DNA of 64,000 bases, taken from Eledone cirrhosa (taxonomy: Eukaryota). The notes under the pieces are model-generated. The model had not been told where the DNA came from. It saw only the letters and a program-made list of their open reading frames with translations, and searched no databases. Position numbers and translations under genes: made by a program. This document shows positions 56,331 through 64,000 of the stretch, in pieces; positions within the stretch are counted from its first letter, which is position 1; every line of letters starts with the position of its first letter. The stretch covers positions 20,150,001 through 20,214,000 of the forward strand of contig OZ024762.1 of NCBI GenBank assembly GCA_964016885.1, read 5' to 3'.

Positions 56331-56387
56331 CTCACGGTCTGTCTGAGTGTCTTGATGCCTGTCTGTTTGTCTGAATATCTCGCTGTA

Positions 56388-56453
<66 letters not shown>

Positions 56454-56561
56454 GTTGTCTGTTCCACTATCTATCTGTCTGAACATCTAACTATCTGTCT
56501 GTTTCACTACCAGATTGTAAAGGTTAATCTTTATGTCCTTCTTTCTGTATTGAATTTTTAG

Positions 56562-56626
56562 CTTTCTGCTCTTTGGAAGAAGAATCCTTTCGCAGCATTT
56601 TTAAATATAAGAAATATGAGATTCAG
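56562..56626 (+). CDS. Mucin SEA exon 2
   Basis: TTTTTAG|CTT...TTCAG|GTAAAG; encodes LSALWKKNPFAAFLNIRNMRF(S); phases 0 and 2. Confidence 0.88.
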
Positions 56627-56838
56627 GTAAAGACACATACATACATATATACATACATATATACATATATATATATATACATATATACATACATATATAA
56701 GCAAGAAGGGATATTTAATTTGTTGGTAGTTCAACAAATATAAATGTTTATAACTGATTCAGAGCACTCGACAGGTTTTCTGGAGTATAATATTCAATGA
56801 TATTAAATAAATGGAAACTATATTTATAAAACCATATT

Positions 56839-56900
56839 TATACTATTATATATATTTCAAGGGTACCAAAAACTTTGGTACGCTTTCATCAGATAAAATA
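56839..56900 (-). ncRNA. Type I hammerhead ribozyme (family H), intronic antisense
   Basis: Minus strand reads TATTTTAT-CTGATGA-AAGCGTACCAAA-GTT-TTTGGTACCCTT-GAAA-TATATA-TA-ATAGTATA; stem I pairs 7 of 8 bp. Confidence 0.75.
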
Positions 56901-57777
56901 CAAAGTGTGTTTTATAAATTTTGACATAGCCAAGGAACATATCTTAACGGTTGAAGTTTTCCTTGGATAGTCCTTACATACATATATATATATCTATGTA
57001 GATAAATCTACCAAAATATACGGTAGTGTCCAATCCATATGAAGAACTCAATGTAATCCAAATATCATGAAAAGAGAAGATGTATTCAAAAATTTTTAGA
57101 TGAAAATCAGAGGAAAACAGAGTCAAGATGAATAAAAACAATGATGATGAATGATGATATATAGTTAGAGAAGCAGGAAAATGCTTATTGTGATCCAGTT
57201 CGTGGTTAAGAAAGCCAGTTTCATGGACGGTTTCAACGTACGGTTAGGGGTAACTCCACAAGTTTGTAAGAATTCCGTTCAATCTTGGAGTATAAAGTAT
57301 AAAAGAGAAAACGAAGGTAAGCATTAAGAAAAGGATTTTATCCAGGTATTTACGACCGTTTCATTGGTAAGTGCAACCTTATATTGCTATACTACAAATA
57401 GCTGCCACTCAATGATAATTGTTGTTCACGTCGATATATATATATATATACATATATATACACCAGAGTACTCAATACTTGGGGTAGTAGAGGGGGTAAT
57501 AGGAAAAGAATCAGGACCCCGTCAGCTGAGTTCCAGCCGTTTCAACAGCTAGATCCGAAACGGCTGGAGCTCAGCCGTCGAGGTCCTGATTCTTTTCCTA
57601 TTACCCACGTATTGAGTACTCTGGTGTGTTATGGTCCACCTGTTATTTTACCACACCTTCTTTGTTATATATATATATATATATAAACATATATGTATTA
57701 TAATTATAGACATGACTTCCACAGGACTAGAACTGTTTCATTTCTATGAAAGGACATTCCTGATGATTTCATACAAA

Positions 57778-57919
57778 CAGTGAAATTCCGTTATAACAAA
57801 ATTCACGAGGTATAAAAAAGATTCGTTGTAACAAAATATTCTTTATAACAAGATCGACCTAACACATCGAGCATGTGGCCAGGGATTGAAAAAAATTTGT
57901 TATAATGGAATTTTACCTG
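57778..57919. mobile_element. pogo/Tigger-like MITE
   Basis: Imperfect TIRs CAGTGAAATTCCGTTATAACAAA / TTTGTTATAATGGAATTTTACCTG. Confidence 0.55.
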
Positions 57920-58020
57920 CAATAATATGAAAAAAATATTGAAAAAAATTCTAGTAAAATAAAATTAGTAATTAAGATCTTTCTAATTAGTAACCAAAAC
58001 ATTTCTATTGTATATTTCAG

Positions 58021-58178
58021 TCAGGGGAGTGTTGCAGTCAATTATCAAGCTGATTTTGTGCTTCTGAAGGAAACCAAGATAAATTCAACAATGGTGAACA
58101 CGTTCTTTTTCAGTCAACTGAACTCAAATTACAGCTTGGGTCGTTTTGAATTAAACAAAACTTCCATCTATCATTCCA
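58021..58178 (+). CDS. Mucin SEA exon 3 with G^SVAV autoproteolysis motif
   Basis: TATATTTCAG|T...TCCA|GTGAGT; encodes (S)QGSVAVNYQADFVLLKE...LGRFELNKTSIYHS; phases 2 and 1. Confidence 0.9.
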
Positions 58179-58246
58179 GTGAGTGAAGCTTTTCTTTGTA
58201 TTAATATTTGAGAAACATTCTATCCAATGTTTAAAAAAGTCCTTAA

Positions 58247-58852
58247 CCCTTTAACATTCATATTACTCTATATATACTATTACACGGTAAAAACTTTAGC
58301 ATTCACATTACTCTATATATACTATTATATTTTCACGGTAAAGACTTTAGCATTCACATTACTCTATATATACTATTATATTTTCACGGTAAAGACTTTA
58401 GCATTCACATTACTCTATATATTCTATTATATTTTCACGGTAAAGACTTTAGCATTCACATTACTCTATATATACTATTATATTTTCACGGTAAAGACTT
58501 TAGCATTCACATTACTCTATATATACTATTATATTTTCACAGTAAAAACTTTAGCATTCACATTACTCTATATATACTATTATATTTTCACGGTAAAGAC
58601 TTTAGCATTCACATTACTCTATATATACTATTATATTTTCACGGTAAAGACTTTAGCATTCACATTACTCTATATATACTATTATATTTTCACGGTAAAG
58701 ACTTTATCTCACATAATTATCACACATAATATCGAATCTATGAAATGCTATTCATTTTGACAACAATACCTTAACATCAGTATGAGTGGCCAGTTATGTC
58801 CGTTTTGAACAGAAAGAGGTGAGAAAATCCTGGCTGGATACAGCCGGTTTAA
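58247..58852. mobile_element. piggyBac MITE copy with an internal 51-bp tandem array
   Basis: TTAA-CCCTTTAACATT at the left end, about 9 copies of a 51-bp unit, right TIR truncated. Confidence 0.75.
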
Positions 58853-58913
58853 AAATCGATCATAATCTTAACATTTTCTGTTGATTTAAATTTTTTTTTT
58901 TTTGGTATTTCAG

Positions 58914-59026
58914 TTTCCATGCCAACCTTTGCCCAAAGCACCGAAGCCCTCCCAAACTGGGGCATTGCAATCATTGTATGTGGTTCTGTTGTTATACTTT
59001 TCATAATCTTCATGGTTTGCGTCTTG
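58914..59026 (+). CDS. Mucin transmembrane exon
   Basis: Poly-T...TTTCAG|TT and TTG|GTAAGA; encodes (I)SMPTFAQSTEALPNWGIAIIVCGSVVILFIIFMVCVL; phases 1 and 0. Confidence 0.9.
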
Positions 59027-59064
59027 GTAAGAATACATATATTATTAACTAATAATAAGAAGAA

Positions 59065-59615
59065 GACTTGTTTCTACTTTTGGCACAAGACCAGCAATTA
59101 TCCCAGTGTATTACTGGTACTTTATTTTATCAACCCCCGTAAGGATGAAAGGCAAAGTTAACCTCGATGGGATTTGAACTCAGATCATAAAGGGCCTGGC
59201 AGTATCAGTAGAGGGTTGGACGCCATGCTTTGCAGCACAGAGTTAGGGCCCTTTATGATCTGAGTTCAAATCCCACTGAGGTTAACTTTGCCTTTAATCC
59301 TTACGGGGTCGATAAAATAAAGTACCAGTCACGCACTGGGGTCGATTTAATCGACTTTCCCCTCCACCCAAATTACTGGCCTTGTGCCTATATAAGAAAT
59401 CATTATTATTATTATTATTATGGCGGTGGATTGGCAGTATTGGTAGAGTGTCGGATGCCATGCTTTGGCGCATAGAGTTACGGCCCTTGCCATTCTGAGT
59501 TCAAATCCCGCCGAGGTTAACTTTGCCTTTCATCCTTACGGGGGTCGATAAAATAAAGTACCAGTAATGTACTGGGCAATTGCTGGCCTTGTGCCTAACG
59601 TAGAAACAATTATTA
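59065..59615. mobile_element. SINE A copies, first pair inverted
   Basis: Minus copy 59065-59196; plus copies 59197-59400 and 59420-59615. Confidence 0.85.
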
Positions 59616-60774
59616 TTATTATTGTAACCTTTGTTCATTCACTATTACCACAACAGTCACTTAACATCACAACAACCACTACCACCACTACAACCAGCAC
59701 CACTGCCATCACAACAACCACCACTACAATCACTATCACCAGCATCACAACAACCACTAAAGCCACCACCACCAACTATCATCACAACTACCACTACTAC
59801 CACTACCACCACCACCAACAACTACCACCACCACCAACAACCACCACAACTACCACCACTACCAACAACTACTACTACTGCCACCACAACAACCACCACT
59901 ACAATCACTATCACCAGCATCACAACAACCACTAAAGCCACCACCACCAACTATCATCACAACTACCACTACTACCACTACCACCACCACCAACAACTAC
60001 CACCACCACCAACAACCACCACAACTACCACCACTACCAACAACTACTACTACTGCCACCACCACTTCTTTATTCTTTCATCAGTATTCAACTCCACTTC
60101 TTTATTTCACTTTATTTTCCACCCAGTCACCTCCTTTAACTCTATCATGTGTTCCCTAAATCTTCTCCCAACCCAAGCCCATCAAAACCCTATATTTATT
60201 GAAGGAAAGGATCACTCCTTCTAACACTAACCCCTTTCTTTATTGCTGTACTTTTAAACCCCTCACCCTCCTACCTTCTGCTCCACCTTTTTACCAAGAA
60301 TAATTTACAAACAGTATTTCACAGGGTTCTTTTCCTACCATTTGTTGTTGTTGTTGTTTCTTACATGTCAGTCCTGGTCCTGGTTGGGGTTAGGGTTAAG
60401 ACTTTAATACGCCTTCCCCACCTCTGTGCTTTCTGACCCTTTCTTAGGAAACAGAAATTTGAAGACTTGCACCTACATTAAAAAATGCAGGGGCAGGGTT
60501 ATTAACATTTTATGCCTGACAACTACTGCAAATAGACTTAACACCCACTGGGCAGAGTTTAGCTTAGTGAAAGGGAAACATTACACTGCCCTAACCTCCA
60601 CCCCACATCTTACATGGCTTTAAATACTGCCATTTTAAATATGTATATATATGGATCCTTCAGGCGTCAATTTGACAAAGTCATTAGAATGTCAGATAAA
60701 ATGCTTTGCAGTATTCATTTTCACTCTCTGCTCCATGAGTTCAACTTTGTCTTTCATCAATTCAGGTCTATTAA

Positions 60775-61210
60775 ACAAAAAAAAAGAACCAGTCAAGTAC
60801 TGAGGTTGATTCTACCTATTTATCACTTTCCCACTTCCATTTTCTCACTTTTTACCTTCTCTGGGAGAAATTTGCCTTTCACCAATTCGAGGTCGATTGA
60901 AAAAAAAGTACCAGTCAAGTACTGAGGTTGATTCTACCTATTTATCACTTTCCCCCTTCCATTTTCTCACTTTTTACCTTCTCTGGGAGAAATTTGCCTT
61001 TCACCAGTTCGAGGTCGATAAAAAAAAAGTACCAGTCAAGTACTGAGGTTGATTCTACCTATTTATCACTTTCCCACTTCCATTTTCTCACTTTTTACCT
61101 TCTCTGGGAGTAATTTGCCTTTCACCAATTCAAGGTCGATAAAAAAAAAGTACCAGTCAAGTACTGAGGTTGATTCTACCTATTTATCACTTTCTCACTT
61201 CCATTCTCCT
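60775..61210 (+). repeat. Roughly 121-bp tandem repeat derived from a diverged SINE A
   Basis: ACCAGTCAAGTACTGAGG at about 60788, 60910, 61031 and 61152. Confidence 0.8.
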
Positions 61211-61561
61211 CCCACTCTTTATCCTTCTCTGGAAGAAATCTGCTGTACCTAGACCTGGAGATGAGATAAGATAAGCTCCACCAGGATTTAAAATGTCCTA
61301 GAAACACTGTATGTCAAAACAGCACCCATATGACTCCACCAGGAGTTACAGGACCATGCATGCTATGCATATGGATCCTTAATTCACGGCAGAATCAAAA
61401 CATACAGCATGTCTTTAGGCTTATCGCTCCTAGGGGCTTAACAGCCTTCTTCATGTAAACCATATTTACTTCACTTCTATCTGAACCACTGACCATTCTA
61501 GTTTCCCCACCATCACCATCTAACATTATATAATTATATAATTATATAATTAGCACATCTC

Positions 61562-61707
61562 ATAGCTTTCCCGCATAGTTACGTCCCTTTACGATCTGAG
61601 TTCAAATCCCGCCGAGGTTGACTTTGCCTTTCATCCTTACGGGGTCGATAAAATAAAGTACCAGTAATGCACTGGGTAATTGCTGGCCTTGTGCCTAAAG
61701 TAGAAAC
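61562..61707 (+). mobile_element. 5'-truncated SINE A with 22-bp TSD
   Basis: AATTATATAATTAGCACATCTC at 61540-61561 and 61708-61729. Confidence 0.9.
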
Positions 61708-62669
61708 AATTATATAATTAGCACATCTCCCTTACCATCCTCCGGGGAAACACATTCTCCATTCTGTCCACTGGGGAGGCCAGCATGTGGGACCCCACTT
61801 GCTCACCATACAGAGAAATGGGGAGGGCGAGAGAGATGGAAGTGATTCCAGTAGGAGTTCAGCTCTCCCGTGTTCAGACCATATCCTTGTGGTTGAGTTT
61901 ATTATCCTTGAAACTTATTTAATAAGTTTAAAATTTAAACACTTTTTATAACTACTATTGCTATAAAAATTAATTAATTGAATAGTTCATTTGCCTTTAT
62001 CTTCTCCCTTTTCCTTTCTTACTTGGCTAATATTCCAAGGAAGCAATGAGAAGCATTACATCCATTCTCTCACTAAGGTATAATATCACAGGCCACTGAC
62101 AATGGATACTTAGAGTTTAGAATGGTCTAGTAATAACCAATATAAATTGATTGATTGAATCAATTGACAAAATCCCAGACCTCACTCACTCACTGAGTGA
62201 TGGCGGAACTTGTCAAATTAAACCAAGGAAACAATGTTTCCATTGGTCTTTCAATTGCTGATAGTATCTCCTGGCAGAAAGAGTAAAGTGAAATAAAATG
62301 TCTTGCTCAAGGCCACAATGCATCGCCTGGTCAAGGAATTGAACTCACAACCTCATGAATGCAAATCCACATGCCTCCACCAATATAAATATTTGACCTT
62401 TTTTCCTTAATTTCCTCTTTGACCCTCCAACAACAGTTATATTTTGCGTTTGGGACACTCACATCATTTTCACATGCAAAGTATTTCATTAGAAATGCCA
62501 TAATGAGAGGGTTAATAAGCCATCCTATACATTTTACTGTCATCTTATCATTCTCCTCTAATAAAAGATTCATACATCACATCTTGGCTTCTCTCTCTCC
62601 TCTCCTCTCCCTCCCCGTCTCTCCCATACACACACCTATATATAAATACAAAAACCTACACAAACAAAC

Positions 62670-63762
62670 TCTGTCTCTGTCACACATCTCTACACACACA
62701 TATACACACACTCACTCACTCTCATATCTACACACACACTCTCTCATATCTACACACACACACTCTCTCTCTCATATCTACACACACACTCTCTCATATC
62801 TACACACACACTCTCTCATATCTACACACACACACTCTCTCTCTCATATCTACACACACTCTCTCTCTCTCTCATCGACACACACGCACACACTCTCTCT
62901 CTCACATCTACACACACACACACACACACTCTCCCTCTCTCTCACATCTACACATACACACTCTCCCTCTCTCTCACATCTACACACTCTCTCTATCTCT
63001 CTCACATCTACACACACACACTCTCCCTCTCTCTTACATCTACACATAGACACTCACTCTCTCTCACATCTACACATACACACTCTCCCTCTCTCTCACA
63101 TCTACACACTCTCCCTCTCTCTCACATCTACACACTCTCTCTATCTCTCTCACATCTACACACACACACTCCCTCTCTCTTACATCTACACATAGACACT
63201 CTCACTCTCTCTCACATCTACACATACACACTCTCCCTCTCTCTCACATCTACACATACACACTCTCCCTCTCTCTCACATCTACACACTCTCTCTATCT
63301 CTCTCACATCTACACACACACACTCTCCCTCTCTCTTACATCGACACACTCTCCCTCTCTCTCACATCTACACATACTCTCCCTCTCTCTCACATCTACA
63401 CACTCTCTCTATCTCTTACATCTACACACACACACACACACACACACTCCCTCTCTCTTACATCTACACAAACACACTCTCTCTCTCTCTCACATCTACA
63501 CACACACACTCTCTCTCTCTCTCACATCTACACACACACACACACTCTCTCTCTCTCACATCTACACACACACACACTCTCTCTCTCTCATCTACACACA
63601 CACACTCTCTCTCTCTCTCTTTCACATCTACACACACACACTCTCTCTCTCTCACATCTACACACACATACTCTCTCTCTCTCTCTCTCTCTCACATCTA
63701 CACACACACACACACTCTCTCTCTCTCTCTCTCACATCTACACACTCTCTCTCTCTCTCTCT
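62670..63762. repeat. CT/CA compound repeat
   Basis: CTCTCTCACATCTACACACACA units. Confidence 0.9.
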
Positions 63763-63917
63763 TGCTAACAACAATCCATCAACCATTCAAAAAACAAAAA
63801 AAAAAAAAAAAGCAAACAGGCAGACAACAACCCCAACAAACAACAACATACAACAACAACAACAAACAACAAACAACAAACCCTCCCCCCCAATGAGTTC
63901 CTGCTTCCATGTTCCAG

Positions 63918-64000
63918 TGGTCAAGGCGACACATCAGACAGAAGTTCCGTATCCCCGAAGATCCTGAAGAGATGGGATACAGACGCAACTGGCTGTCGGT
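63918..64000 (+). CDS. Mucin cytoplasmic-tail exon (partial)
   Basis: Acceptor CTTCCATGTTCCAG, phase 0. Encodes WSRRHIRQKFRIPEDPEEMGYRRNWLS, placing a basic stop-transfer segment directly after the TM helix. Confidence 0.8.

Noticed and set aside
57215-57375. GAAACCGTC and GAAACGGTC motifs on the minus strand
   Set aside because: No CUGANGA core or stem I found.
60381-60400. Telomere-like TTAGGG
   Set aside because: Only one perfect unit.

Overview
AT-rich, microsatellite-saturated animal DNA. The SINE and LINE families point to a cephalopod, probably Octopus; this is inference. There is a 200-N gap at 7710-7909, and almost all tracked ORFs are microsatellite artefacts. One real gene lies on the + strand: a membrane-tethered mucin. 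It has a 5.4-kb PTS exon (49219-54608), a SEA domain split over three exons with an FSQG^SVAV autocleavage motif, a TM exon and the start of a cytoplasmic exon at the window end. All junctions are GT-AG and in phase, and there is a candidate upstream exon at 47356-47468. The rest is repeats: tRNA-derived SINEs, RTE/CR1/CRE LINE remnants, piggyBac, hAT and Tc1 MITEs, Penelope-like (PLE) remnants and many minisatellites. Four observations stand out. (1) A family of complete type I hammerhead ribozymes with covarying stems, two inside a 170-bp-arm palindrome, plus several variant or half hammerheads in fold-back PLE-like inserts. (2) An RTE LINE with a twin-priming-type 5' inversion. (3) Repeated birth of minisatellites from inside transposons. 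(4) A MUC1-like SEA/TM exon architecture.
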